A stretch of DNA of 64,000 nt from Acanthaster planci (lineage: Eukaryota). The translations under genes were made by a program, and so were the position numbers. This document shows positions 50,439-63,333 of this stretch, piece after piece; within the stretch, counting starts at the first letter, position 1, and each line of letters opens with the position of its first letter. Under the pieces are notes generated by a model, which worked only from the letters and a program-made list of their open reading frames with translations, was not told where the DNA came from and did not search any database. The DNA is taken from the NCBI RefSeq assembly GCF_001949145.1, contig NW_019091356.1, forward strand, positions 2,946,713-3,010,712, in the 5' to 3' direction.

Positions 50439-51102
50439 TACTACTTCCAACTGCAAATGCAATAAGGGCATGTAATTATCATGATCTTGAATAAAACTCT
50501 TCTCTCTCTAAGCGGGGACAGTGCATCTCTTTTTTCTTTTTTTTAACCCTCCTATGCTGAAGTCACTCTTTGGGTCACTTGGTAAACACCTCAAAGAAGC
50601 GCAGCTGTGTCGTGTTGTGCACTACACCAACAGTCCCTCACAGGAATATCAGATTGCACTTTTGTGCTGCCCAACAACTGTGCCTCACTGTTTCATGTGC
50701 ATCATTGTGCAGTAAACCAAATGCAGTGAAGAGGACTGCACAAAAGATCCTGGGTCATTTTGTGCTGGCAACCAACTGTGTCCACACTGAACCTGTGCAT
50801 GTTTGTGTTCCATATAGAAAACACATGCAAGAGAGTGACTGTTGGAACTTGTGCATATTTGTGCTGTAAAACCAAAGGACGGTAAAGGGAGGAAAAAATT
50901 TTTTCTGGGGGGAGGTGAAGGGTCAGAGAGGTGGCCGTCTTCAATACTTCCACTAAAACAAGGTACACAGGAAACTCCCCCCTGGAGACTCGGTGGTCCC
51001 TCCTCGGATGTAAAACCCCCATTATGAGATGCTCACAGCTTGTACAGACAGATTTAATGTCACAGATACGTGTAGATACAGATAGGCACAGGCTTGACTC
51101 AC

Positions 51103-54100
51103 TCGTTTGACGACCACCTTCTTGTCGGAGGCTGTATCCTGTACCAGGTACACGTCCCCAAAAGATCCGCGCCCCAGGAAGAGGAGCTTGATGTACTGGT
51201 CTCCCTCCAGGTACTGATGATTCATTGGCTTCAACTCCTGCCAAAGGCGAGAAAAAAAATTGAAAAGACAACTCGGAAATTGTGTACCGCTCCGATAAAA
51301 TCAAGAATAAGTATAAACACTGGATCAAACATCTTCAATTCTTCGCTTAATAAAAATAAAACTCAGGAGTCAGGATTCCGATCTTGCTGAGCAAAAATCG
51401 GAGAGAGCCAGTCACAAGCGATAAGCATCAGAAACCGACTAGAAATGTTAAGTTACCCGGTCAAGAAGTACGCCTTCATGTTGTCCTTGCAACTCGGCTG
51501 CATCTGTGAGCTTCAGCTGTCCAAATCGTTCGGCCAAGACAATCAAGCTCCGTGGCTCTCCGTGACTGACCCCTGGTGGAATTTCCACTTCTGGAGGGAC
51601 ACCGGCGGGTGGTGGACCATCCCCTGCTGCTGTCCCCCGGGGTACTGGAGCCTCAGCCAAGGGAGAAGCCTCAGCTCCTTGGCCGACCTCCATTCGGGAG
51701 GCCGGGCGTGCTGCCCGGGGTGGCCCACACAGGATGCCCTTGAGGACCACCCCGTGCTTTGCCTGGGCCCCGTTGTCCAAGTACAATCTCCTGACGGCCT
51801 GCTGGTTGTGCGAATTATGGGGCAGTGCCGACCTGCCTGGAGACGAGGTGAGGGACAGGTGGGCCGTGAGAGCCTGGTGCCTCGCACGCCCAGCATCTCC
51901 CGCTGGTCCCTCTTTGTGCTCGTCCCTTCTGCTGCAAAGGTCCAGGCCTCGCATCTTCTTTTCCAGCTCCTGCTGGCGTAGCAACTCCGGACCAGAAACA
52001 ATCTTTGGCCCTCGTGGCACCTTCTTGGGCTTTGCTCCAGTTGCCTCCCACTTGACTTCCTCTGCTGATGGGGACCGAGATTCCTTCTTTCCCTTCCGTC
52101 CTTTTTTTCGTGCCGGGCGGTCGCAATCCAGTCTGGTCTTAAGCGGGTCAGATGGGCGGGGCTTTTTCTTATCGTCATCATCGTCCTTATCACCATTTCC
52201 CCCGGTCATCCTCAAAGCACAACCAGTGTAGTTGACAACCTGTCCCGTCTCTGCAGCCTAACACACCCGGAGAAGAAGAAAGATCCATTACTTTACTCAA
52301 AGCGCAAAACTACTATTGCAACATCCAAAGATTTTCTTCATTCAAAAAAATTCATTATTTAAAAAGGAGATCATTCCCTACTTTTCCTTGTCCGCCGATG
52401 TTTTGGTTTGGCGGTGCACTGGTCTCAACTTCACCCTTTTCACCAGTGACTCTCCTTGGCTTGAACGACTGGCTCTGAACATCACAAGCCTCTGAGCAAT
52501 GAATATATGAATATATGAATATTAAGTATGACTGTTCGTGAAAAGACAGGGCTTCTCCTCATAGACAAATTTGCTTTTTTTGAAAACTCGCAGCAGAGAA
52601 CTATCTGCAGAAAAACCAGAAGAGACCAGCTGAACGAAACTTTCTATGTAAACTTTGTTCAATTGATTTTTTTTTTACAGTGAAGATTGGTAGTCAGTCA
52701 TTACTGTCAATCACCAAATCTTCCGTTGTGCTGTGCCATGAAAAATAAATACTCATCTTTTTTTATGTTTTCAAATATGATTTACATATGATGTAAATAA
52801 GCCCTACAGAAAGCCCAAAAACTACAACGAAAAGTCACAGGCTATCTCTGACTTCACTTACCTCTCAGAGATGACTCGTTTAAGTCTGCTGCCTCATTTT
52901 CGCCTCCTTGTCTGCCAGCCGCGGGATTACTGTCCAATTGTGAGACCTCTCCATCTGCAGCATCGGTTTCTGGCTCCTCTTCGATCACTCCGTTATAATC
53001 TTCTGGCTCTGCCCCTACGCTCTCAAAGTCCAGATGGCCAGCCTTGCCACTTCCCGGACCTCGTGCCTTCAAACTAGCCTCCCTCTCCCCAACGTCGTTC
53101 TCATCTGGCACGCCGTCTCCTGCTTCCTCTGCCTCATTTTCCCCCTCCTTGTCAGCTGATTCCTGCATTCCCGTGTGAAACTCCGCATCACCGGACTCCT
53201 TCACAGTTTTCTCTGGCCTCAGGTCCTTCATGCCCTTCTCTTTGGGATCTTCTTTCCACCTGACGGCATCTTCGTCCTCACCTGAACGCTCCCCGTCCTC
53301 GGCAGCATCAGCTATTTTGTTTTCTTCGAGACCAGCATTGTTCAACTTTACCGTCTCTGAGTCGTTTGGCCCCTTCTCTTGCCTAGTCTCTTGGGTGGCA
53401 TCCCCTTTTTCTCCACGCTCCAGCTTCAACTTCTCCTCTTCCACTTGGTCCACGCCTGCTGCCTTCTCTGAAGCACCTCTGCGATCGTCTCCACATTTTG
53501 GCAGATTCTGCATACGGATCTCATCTTCCCTTTTGCATGTATCGGCCTCCTCAACACGTGTACAATTTTGGTTGTTCAGGCCTCTGTAGACAGTGTCTAG
53601 GAATGCCTTCCTTTCCCTTTTTGAGGTATGGTGATCCCAAACGCAATCCCCGCTGGGCCAAAACACTACATAAGAAAGAGAGAAAAAAAACAGAAAGTTG
53701 TCTCTTTGGGTGTGGGGGCTGCATGTGACAGTTCACACTTTTCCAAAGCTTTTTAAACTGTTTCCCCAGTTTGCTGTTTGCAGGTTTTTTAAAATTGATA
53801 CCAATTACAAATTGCTTCAAGGGAAATTATATTTATAACTTACACGTTAACCCTAACCTTCCCCAACCACACAGAATTAAACAGCAGTAAAGTGTTGAAT
53901 TCTGTGGGGATAGGTCTGGTAGGCCCAGACAGCTGGCTTTTGCATTGAGTTTGGCATACCTCAGAAAAACAAAGTCCTACAGCCTCTGTGCAGCACAAAG
54001 TCCCACATGGGTGTTTAACTTTGTGTGAATGGGGAAGGTTAGGGCTAGCAACCCTCGGGGGTTAGGGTTAACCCCAGAGTTAACAGGAGGTCGTGTGACA

Positions 54101-54799
54101 TATAAGAGTCCCAAAGTAAATACTCAATTCGTTTGTATTTCACTTTCCGGTCCAATACCCTGGAAGTGCCTGTGGGTCTGCATACCCGAAACAGTATTTC
54201 ATTCAACAATCAGTCAAAATTTCAAAGAAACCACGTTCCAAGCTGTGCGGCAACGTATGTGACCCACTCAGTGAAAATGAGTCTTAAGTCGCCAGAGCCA
54301 CTTTTTGAGTTTTTATTTGTATTGGAAAGAGCAAATTGAGTTTTTCGTTTGGATGTATCGCTCAGTTTGGCATCCTGACAAAAGTGGATACTCCATGGTG
54401 AAAATTGCTGTGGGTTCCTATTGATATACACCGTGCAAAATTATTCTAAAGGCCTTTTGCCTCCAAAGTGGCTCTGGCAACTTAGACTCATTTTCACAGA
54501 GTGAGTCACACGTACGGAAGACAGTATCTGATGCTGGTTTTCCTACATCAGGTTTTCGTTTGTTTTTTCAGCACTTTTTTTTTTCAATTCCTATTTTTTT
54601 TAGTACACTGTACAAGCACTCACCTATTTTGTGCACACATTTCTTGCACCCACAGATGGACTTCTGTTGGAGTGCATTGAGATAATCCTTAAGAGTCTTG
54701 ACCTTGAAAAGGGGCGAGTGGTGTTCAGCATGTGGACCACCCAGTTTCTGACTTGCGCCGCCAATGTCTGACACCTGACACGGAACAGTCCCCCCATCT
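51103..54799 (-). CDS. MAP3K14: Partial NF-kappaB-inducing kinase (MAP3K14/NIK, Tpl2-related)-like gene; start codon and most of the kinase domain not found
   Basis: Phase-consistent exons 54799-54624, 53665-52862, 52491-52382, 52257-51457, 51237-51103. The spliced end HEGVLLDR|ELKPMNHQYLEGDQYIKLLFLGRGSFGDVYLVQDTASDKKVVVKR matches my recollection of NIK (EGVLL..KLKPVDYEY...LGRGSFGEV...AVKK), covering the N-terminal extension, Gly loop and beta3 Lys. Confidence 0.72.
53846..54072. repeat. Element bounded by inverted TTAACCCTAAC/GTTAGGGTTAA motifs
   Basis: gttaaccctaaccttcccca ... tggggaaggttaggg ... gttagggttaac. Confidence 0.55.
54258..54510. mobile_element. MITE with terminal inverted repeats of about 45 bp
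   Basis: tgtgacccactcagtgaaaatgagtcttaagtcgccagagccacttt versus aaagtggctctggcaacttagactcattttcacagagtgagtcaca. Confidence 0.8.
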
Positions 54800-55179
54800 C
54801 TGAGCATCACGGAGGAAGGGAAAACAAAAAAAACGAATCACCTCTATTCGAACCAATCTTACACGGCGCATGGAGAATCAACCCTCGATCAGGATGACAA
54901 GTACAGGCCAATTCACTTTCCATACAGAATCAAACTGTCCCGCGACAATACCGATGTTTCGCAATAGGGCGCCTCCAAGAGTTTGCAAAGCATTTTCAAA
55001 TCACAATATGTGAAATCTGTTGACCCAATGCACGTTTGGACAGGGTTGACAGATTTCGCATGTTGTGATTGGCCATCGCCTTGTAAACTTGTGGGGGCAC
55101 ACTTTTGTGAATAACACTTACTGGACAAGCCAAACTGAAGTGGAGGTGAGATTTGAAGCTTTTCAGGTGGAGGTAAAAC

Positions 55180-55736
55180 GTAAACAGGTTTGCGGTAACA
55201 CCATGAATATATCTCCTTTTTTTGAGTATGTGGGATTCTGAAAAGAATCCGTGGTACTCAACGTTTCAGACAGCATGCTCCGTCCGTCGTAAGGAGACTG
55301 CACAGGGTCCAATGGTGAGGCAGCTTATATGGTGTGTAGAGGGCAGTGAGTTGTGGCGAGGATGCTAACTCACGATCCAGCTGGTGGCTTGGGGGCGTTA
55401 AGGATATTTCCAGCCCGTGGGTCCCCTACACCTTTGGCTACCTTCTCCCACACTCCCCTCCCTCAGACTGACATGCCTCATTGGTTTGACAGTACCCCAG
55501 TGACTTCAGTTGGATCTGGAGTTAGCATTCTCTTCACACCTCAACACCCCCAAGCCTCCTGCTGGTCCTGAGTTAGCATCCTCTTCACACCTCACTGCTC
55601 TCTACACACCATATAAGCTGCCTCACCATCAGAGCATGCTGTCTGAAACGTTGAGTACCACCGATTCTTTTCAGAATCCCACATACTCAAAAGAAGAGAC
55701 ATATCCATGGTGCTACCCCAAACCTATCTGGTTTAC
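55180..55736. mobile_element. Palindromic (foldback/MITE) element with arms of about 150 bp
   Basis: gagtatgtgggattctgaaaagaatccgtggtactcaacgtttcagacagcatgctc is inverted near-perfectly at about 55632-55688. The left arm carries an extra segment of about 30 bp. Confidence 0.85.
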
Positions 55737-57657
55737 TTGAAGTGCAGTTGTTGGCATTGCTATTCACATAACTTGTGACATGTCACATATTCTACATCTA
55801 GAGAAAGCCCATTTTTTGTGCCACAGAATTTCAGATCATTGCTGAAAATGCCACCACGACACTCATGCCAATTGCCTCACTTGACTTACTGAAGACAGAA
55901 GTCCAGCTACTCTTAGATTTTAAATCAGGGAAGCAAGTGGGGTACTGTAGAAACCGGGTCACAAACATTGAAATATTTCTATAAAAAAGGAGCAAATTTC
56001 AAACCGTACAAGCTTTTGTACAGTGGTTTTTCAAAGGATAAGTTGAGCCGATCCAAGGAGAAAAATCCATGTCTGATTCACAATATTTGTAATGTGTACA
56101 GTGACTGCATGGTGGTGCATGACTTCAGACAATTAAAACTGCCAGGTGTAAATGACACAGGCAACAAGGGGGAAATGACAGTGACACAGTCAATGGAACC
56201 ACAAAAACTGGGAATTCCCAGCCCTCTTCTGGTACTGTACATGTACGTGGGGCTACCAACCACAGCGCTGTGGTTACATGTACACGCACATGTACCGTAT
56301 GTAGTGTGTTTGTGCAAGCAATTACATGTAAGGCCTACTGTCCATTTCACACTATAAATTTAAAATGCCACTTACATGTAACAATAAGACAACCTACCCG
56401 TGTGCAGGGATTTTAAGAGGGCACTCTTGGCTTAACCCTTGCCCTCTTCAATCCTCCAAAATCCGTTTGATGAGTTTGGAGGATTTTGGAGGATTGAGGA
56501 TGAATGGCAAAAATGTACGGCTGATTGTGAACGATGACATGTGAAGGTCGTTGGTTGGACCTTACATAGTTTATGCTCAGTCATGCAACATCAGCCCAAC
56601 ATTACTTTGAAATCAACCGCACTGCTCAAGAAAGCCATTTGCCGTGCCTCAACACACTGGCAGGAATTGCTGGAGGATTTTGAAGGACTGAGGAGCAGGG
56701 TGTGTCTCAATTTGAGCATACGTGGAAATGATTACACGATTTCAGAGGACTGAAGATAAACACAGTTTTTATGACCAGGGCTACTGGGGGATTGAAAATG
56801 TGCCATAGCAAAAAAACTCTGGTGGGTTACGGTTAATAAGGTTTTTTTATTTCATCTTATTTGCATCTGGCGAGCACTCAAAATTGAGTAGGTGCCACTT
56901 CAAAGAAAAAACAAAAACAAAAAAACCCCAGGTTATACATGTTTCCGAGGATATCATAAAAAAGCGCCCCTCATTATCCCCATTCGAAATGAAAATGTAA
57001 AGGCACAATGTAGGTTTTGTTATTTGACACTGTTCCATCAGCATTCAAACTACATGCTGCATGAAAACGCAGCTCCATTTCAAGATCAACACACTGCCAT
57101 TTCCTGGTTCTGCATGTGAGAACCTCTTCACTTTTTTTAAGTTTGGATACCAGCCAAGCCAGAGGTCAAGAGGTCACCAGCAGCCTTCTTCACCCCCCCA
57201 GTCCGGAATGAGTAATCGTCACGAGGGTAGATACCCCCCCATTATGCCCATCCTCCCTCCAATTGTGCAAAAACGCCATAGTTCTATTTGGTACTAGTTA
57301 TGCTCACTGCACATGTATTGTATAAGTACCTTTCTACACTGGAACGTAAACAGAATACCACTTCGCAAGCTCTCGGACAAGCACTGAATATACAGTGTTT
57401 ATTAATATATACATTGGGTAAGGGCAAAACCTGTTAGATAAATTCACTGTGTTGTTGTTTACATTAGTTGTACGATTCTTTTTTAATTGATATTCTCATT
57501 CCTTTGTTTCCATCCTACAATATATTATTATTATTACTATTTATGCAGTAAACCAACTCTTTACGGATTTCAAACTTTGCTCCATGATTTTTTAGCCACA
57601 CCTTTTTTTGGGGGGAGGGATATTTTTGTAATTTGAGGAACATTTTTGCCAACCACT

Positions 57658-58061
57658 TAGACTTGGAGATGTGACAAATACTGTATGTTGCTGGGGAAAG
57701 ACTATGCCGGGTGATAGACTTGGAGATGTGCCAAATACTTTATGTTGCTAGGGAAAGACTATGCCGGTGATAGACTTGGAGATGTGCCAAATACTTTATG
57801 TTGCTGGGGCCGGGGAAAGACTATGCCAGGTGATAGACTTGGAGATGTGCCAAATACTGTATGTTGCTGGGGAAAGACTATGCCGGGTGATACACTTGGA
57901 GATGTGCCAAATACTGTATGTTGCTGGGGAAAGACTATGCCAGGTGATAGACTTGGAGATGTGCCAAATACTTTATGTTGCTGGGGAAAGACTATGCCAG
58001 GTGATAGACTTGGAGATGTGCCAAATACTTTATGTTGCTGGGGAAAGACTATGCCAGGTGA
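57658..58061. repeat. Minisatellite, 57-bp unit x7
   Basis: Unit TAGACTTGGAGATGTGCCAAATACT(G/T)TATGTTGCTGGGGAAAGACTATGCC(A/G)GGTGA, starting at 57658, 57715, 57771, 57834, 57891, 57948 and 58005. Confidence 0.97.
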
Positions 58062-59192
58062 GCAAATATGAAAGTTGTACATATACATGAACTGGCACAG
58101 ATCCCAGGCCCTGTCACCATTCCACCAAATAAAAAAAAAGGCAAGTCTCATGTTGAACCCCATCCTCACAACAGGTAGCCTGTCGGGATTCTGGGTCAGG
58201 AAATTGAACTTTATTGAACAAGTTTTAACAGAAGAAGTATTGGGGGAGGGGTTCTTATGGCTCTTTGTCAGCAGTCCTATTTTATACTCTAAGCATTTTT
58301 TTCTCCTGATTTCAGGGTTTTTTTTTTTAGTATTTTTTTCAAGGACTTATTATCTTCTTCAACTCACAACAATCCACAACTACCAGTACATGTACGTACA
58401 TGTACCCGTCCATATACCCAGAGCAGTTTGCTGCAGAGAATCAAATCACAATGCATTTCTAGTCTAGGATTTGTAGGTCATCCTGCCATGGTAAACCACA
58501 CTGTCATCTGTTAAACCACACCACCAGGGAGAAGACCCCTTTGGAATTTTCAACCACCAACTTTTCTTACATTGTGGTGGGGGTGGCTCTCACATCGGAT
58601 GTGAACCATTTCCAATGCCTGGTCTGCTTCAAAAGAAAACAACTGTGCTGGGTAAAAACCAGCTGAAAATCGGCAACTGTGAGCAACTCACTTTGGATGA
58701 TTTTTGTTTTCCACAACCCACGTTTTGCCAGGCAAATGTTTTGTGTATTCAGCAAATGGCTGTGCATAAACCAAAACTATTACTCTGCACAAATGCTTTG
58801 AAGTGTACAGCAAACGCTCAATTTTCATCATACAGACGCACAACGTACAGCACGCAAAACCATCACAGACAACAACTGTTTTCTTGTCTCCTGGTTTGTG
58901 GCAACCTGTTTTTGAATGGGTACCAAGTCGGACAGACAAAAAAAAAAAAAAATCATCAAATTACTGGAAGCACTGCATGTATCTCCAACTCCCAGTTTGC
59001 TTGTTTTCAATTTAATAAATATAAAAAGAAACAAAATAAAACAAATCTGCAATCAGAAAATACATGTTTTAAATCACATAGCGCTGCCAGATACGACATA
59101 AGTAAATCTTAATCACCGCGACTACACTGGGCATTTTGATTGAGAAGGTATAACAGTATGTTGTGACAGCCCCAAGTGTGGCATTCCTTGAT

Positions 59193-59262
59193 ATTGGCAA
59201 GATGCCAACCAATTTTATTGGCAAGATGCCAACCAGTTTTATTGGCATGATGCCCACCAGTT
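59193..59262. repeat. Tandem repeat, 24-bp unit x3
   Basis: ATTGGCAAGATGCCAACCA(A/G)TTTT repeated; the third unit is slightly diverged. Confidence 0.9.
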
Positions 59263-59342
59263 CTTTTTTTTAAAGATGGGAGAAAAACCTGCGCTCACCC
59301 CCCCCCCACACACACACACTTTGAGTGGCCAGGCCTTGAACT

Positions 59343-59520
59343 CAGAGAGGTCAGCAAAACCTCTGCCCGATTACACAATCTTTTTTCTCAGATTTTACAA
59401 TATCTCATCTTCCACCGGCCCAAAGGATCCCATCACTCCCAACTGGCAAGGTGCCAACCTGGCTGCTAGTGGCTGGACCAGTGGCAGGGGAAAAAACTGT
59501 TTTCATATTGTGTACAAGTG
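59343..59520 (+). repeat. Local dispersed repeat, copy 1 (diverged, partial)
   Basis: ttacacaatctt...ttctcagatt...atctcatcttcca...ctggcaaggtgccaacctggctg is shared with the copies at 62067 and 63322. Confidence 0.75.
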
Positions 59521-62066
59521 TATTGTCTGTTTTCTGTACTGGGTTTATGAAAACTGTGTTTTGCAACTGCAGACCAAACAGGAAGTCCTGTTCTTACCAT
59601 GTAACAATGTCTGTGTTAACATTTTTGTTTATTCAGGTATGAAGTTCTCTCAAGATTTACTCTTCTGCCCGTCGCATCCCTTTTCTCATTTTCATTATTT
59701 ATACACTAAATAGAATTCTAATAAGAATTTCCTAGTTTGTTTGCTTATGTTTTGTCGACATAACTGGGGGCAAGGGGGAATTTCCCATGAGACTTGTTTT
59801 CACTCACATTGGTCACACCACTAGGACATATGCCACTGTTGAGTCCGTATATTTGGGGCATGTACCTCAAAACAGGCAATGGCACCGATCCAAGTCGCTG
59901 CAACCAAATAAAGAATACCGGAAGGCATGTCCAGTGTATTCAATGGTCACAACCGGCAGACTACTTACATACCGGAAATTTCACAACAGAAATGTGCAAA
60001 TTACAGGCACATGTACATAATTATGTGCACAACTGGAGATTTGTATTTGACTCTGGAGATTCAAGCCCCCTTTTTACTCTGGGATTAAGCTAGGTTTTAC
60101 TGTACTACTACTTAACACTCTACATGACCTCTCCGAGATCAAGACTCGGTTAGCATAAAATCATGGGTGTTCAGCCGTGCACGATGCAACTGCACGGGCC
60201 ACGGTTTCAACACAAAAACGATTCAGAAGGGGCTTCTGAAAGCTTATTGTAAGCAATCAGATTGACGGCACATGAAGGCCTAGATCCAGGGCTGACAATA
60301 CACGGCACTGATACACTTCAAATCTGGGACTACCCAGGTCATTGTGACATGGATAACAGGGGATAACTCCTGGTAAGCCACACACAGCTCACTGTTCATC
60401 TGTGAAACCACAAGCACAAGGACATCCCTTTCAATTGGGATTTCCCTCCCCCCCCACCAACTTTTGGTCATTCGGTTTTGGCGGCCAAACCTCAGATGTG
60501 ACCCATTTAAATAAAGCCAGGGCCCCAATTTTATGGAAATTAATCACTCCTTCAAAAGAAAATACTCATTTGTACTGAGCAGGTCTCAAATGCAACTGAG
60601 AACTGGCCGCAAGCAATTATATGTTGCATGACAACCAGTGTCCACCAAGCTAACATTTCCCGTGCACAGAAACATTATTATACTAAGGGTAACGTATCAT
60701 TGGAGTTCAATACACATGAACATGTATTGGTGTACATGTAGGCCTACATGTAACGGGGAAAACTAACACACATCAAATAAGAATAAAAAATAAAGAAAAG
60801 ACTTGAACAAAATAAAACACTTGGGGAACTCCCTAAAAAAAATTACTTTCAAAAGGATCAAAAAGGGAGGAATCGCAAGAAAGCTAAAAGAATAGCGATG
60901 CGGAAACTGAAACTTGGTGTCAACAACAAAATCTGTTATTTCTTCAAAAAAAATCCCCCAAAAGAAAAAGTAACTTCAGAGCAAGAAAAAAGACCAGGAC
61001 CGTGTGAAAATCAGATTTAAAAATTCAGCCAAAGACTTGAAAATCTAACCAAAAGAATTCCAGATGTAAAACTTAAAATGCAGGAGAAATATGACCAAGA
61101 CCAAAATTAACTTTAAAAATTAGACCAATCCTAGACCAAAGAAAACCACCAAAAAAAAATGAAGGTAAGGCTAAACCAAACTAAAGCCAAAAAAAAAAAA
61201 CACAGCCTTAAGAAAAAGCTAAAGATTAATTAAATTCAAGCGCTAACTACCAAGTCCACCACAGGTCTGAACTTTCAGGGCAGACCTTGACTGGTATTAA
61301 ATAGGTGTTGTCACTTCAAGTTCACCGACTGCCGACCTGCTTACTGAGACTGGGGCTCAAAGCATGCCCACAGTGCCTGGTCCAGTTGAATGAGTCATCA
61401 TCAAGTAAACAATTACACAATGCAACTTTAGGATGGGTAGACTAGGGGGTGCTACTCCTATTCAGTGTGTGGACTTTTGCATCTTGTACAAAGCAAAAAA
61501 AGGTAAAATCCTCCCTGCTCCATGCAGGAAAAACCGTCACAGAAGTCAGTTTCCTGGTATCATGACCACCAGTATTGGACTGGCATCAAGGCCAAACTAA
61601 AAAATGCGTCATGCCCACACAACTTCCGTCATTTCTCACATTTCTGTGTGTGTGTGGGTTTCTCTTTTTTCATCTAGCCAAAAAAAGAACACAACAATAT
61701 GAACATGCGAGCAGAAAAATGTTGCCTAATACAACAAAACGTCTCAAAAATGGTTGACTACCGGCACATTAAACATTTCGATTAAAATAACCCAAGCAGA
61801 CTTCAATCCTCCGATTCCCATATGATGTGACATACACCCTCGGGGGTCAGCTAGGGTTCCAATTTCCAAGACATGCCCTGTACACGTACGTACGTTGTGA
61901 AGGAATCTACATTGTAAGTGTTACATTATAATATTCCAGCATGGTGACATAACCAACATGGTGCCAACCAGCTTTTAAAATGGAAGGGGAAAAACTATAT
62001 TCTCTCCCAAACTGGTAAAGAGAGGTGGGCAGCTTATATTTACATGTACAGTACTGCCTTGACCCC

Positions 62067-62810
62067 AGAGAACTCATCAGCAGGTTTAACCAGTTACACA
62101 ATCTTTATAATTCTCAGATTATCTCATCTTCCAATGGCCAAAAGGATTACATCACTCCAGTCTGGCAAGGAGCCAACCTGGCTGAAAGTGGCGGGGAAAG
62201 CAGCTCACATTGCGTACATGGGTACAGGTCTGGGCTTGATCAGGTAATCACATTCACAGAGGTCAAGGCACCAGGAGTTGACAAGTCTGCCACACTCCCA
62301 ATAAGGATGGAATGCAAATTCAGACAATTATTTATAGAAGCACAAAATGCTGGGGGGGGGGCTATCTGCCACTGTTTACAAAGGGGTGTCGATAAACTCT
62401 GTATGATCTCACCTCCCTGTACCCTACATGAACCAGGATTTACACAACAGCAAATTTAGGTCTGCATGTATTTTGAAAAATTTTACTAGCACAAGGACAA
62501 TGTTATTGTCTTGGGAACAAAAATGGCTGTACACATATTTCATCTTAAATGCTGGCAGAGTACACTACGGTACATTGGAAAGAGGATCTCATGAGACACA
62601 CTCCTTGCTTGAATTGTTTATGGAAGGCAATGTACATGTACAGCAACCACTTGTTTACGCTTGTTTTTTCCCAAACAATTTGTTTAATTTCCTGTTTCGC
62701 CCTTCCGACTTTCCTTTCCACAATTAACCTTAACAATCCTCCATCCTCGCATTTCAATATGATTTTACATACATACCCTAGGGGGTTAGGGATAGGGATT
62801 TCGGGTTACC
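62067..62810 (+). repeat. Local dispersed repeat, copy 2 (about 740 bp)
   Basis: Colinear with 63322-63997, for example gggtacaggtctgggcttg(a/g)tcaggtaatcacattcacagaggtcaaggcac(c/t)aggagttgacaagtctgc. Confidence 0.88.
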
Positions 62811-63161
62811 TACATGTGCATGTATAGGAAATGAAATCTCAAAGGACTTCAACATTTCCTCTTTGTATTAAAGCAACGACCGACAAACATTTTTTGGGTG
62901 AGAAGACGAACTTCTCACAACATGTTGGCCAATTGGCAGTGAGTCAACGAGACATCCTAGTTGCTGCAGGTGGGAACCTGGGTGAAGAACATGTTTGGCA
63001 ATTGGCAATGAGACATCCTAGTTCCTGCAGGTACATGCAGATCCAGGACAAACAAATCAACAGAAAGTGGGAGACTGTAATATTGTGTCTAGCTATCCGT
63101 AATATTGTGTCTAGCTATCCAGCCTTTTATGAAGACAGTGGCAGACAAGATCAGATGTGTC

Positions 63162-63333
63162 ACCACCTTCACCTCCGAGAGGTCAGCAAAACCACCATCA
63201 CCTCTGAGAGGTCTGCAAAACCACCATCACCTCCGAGAGGTCTGCAAAACCACCATCACCTCTGAGAGGTCTGCAAAACCACCATCACCTCTGAGAGGTC
63301 TGCAAAACCACCATCACCTCTGAGAGGTCAGCA
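63162..63333. repeat. Minisatellite, 29-bp unit x about 6
   Basis: Unit CCACCATCACCTC(T/C)GAGAGGTC(T/A)GCAAAA, with units starting at 63192, 63221, 63250, 63279 and 63308. Confidence 0.95.

Noticed and set aside
57658..58169. CRISPR array or repeat protein (ORFs 57742, 57759, 57761)
   Set aside because: Units are contiguous with no unique spacers. Frames stay open only because the unit is 57 nt, and an indel in unit 2 breaks them.
60280..60528. Possible upstream exon of the NIK-like gene (acceptor tttcacag|ATGAAC)
   Set aside because: No donor giving the phase needed to join 54799 with confidence, and no recognisable homology.
60770..61235. A-rich tract with scattered AGACCA motifs
   Set aside because: Low-complexity sequence without a definable repeat unit or ORF.
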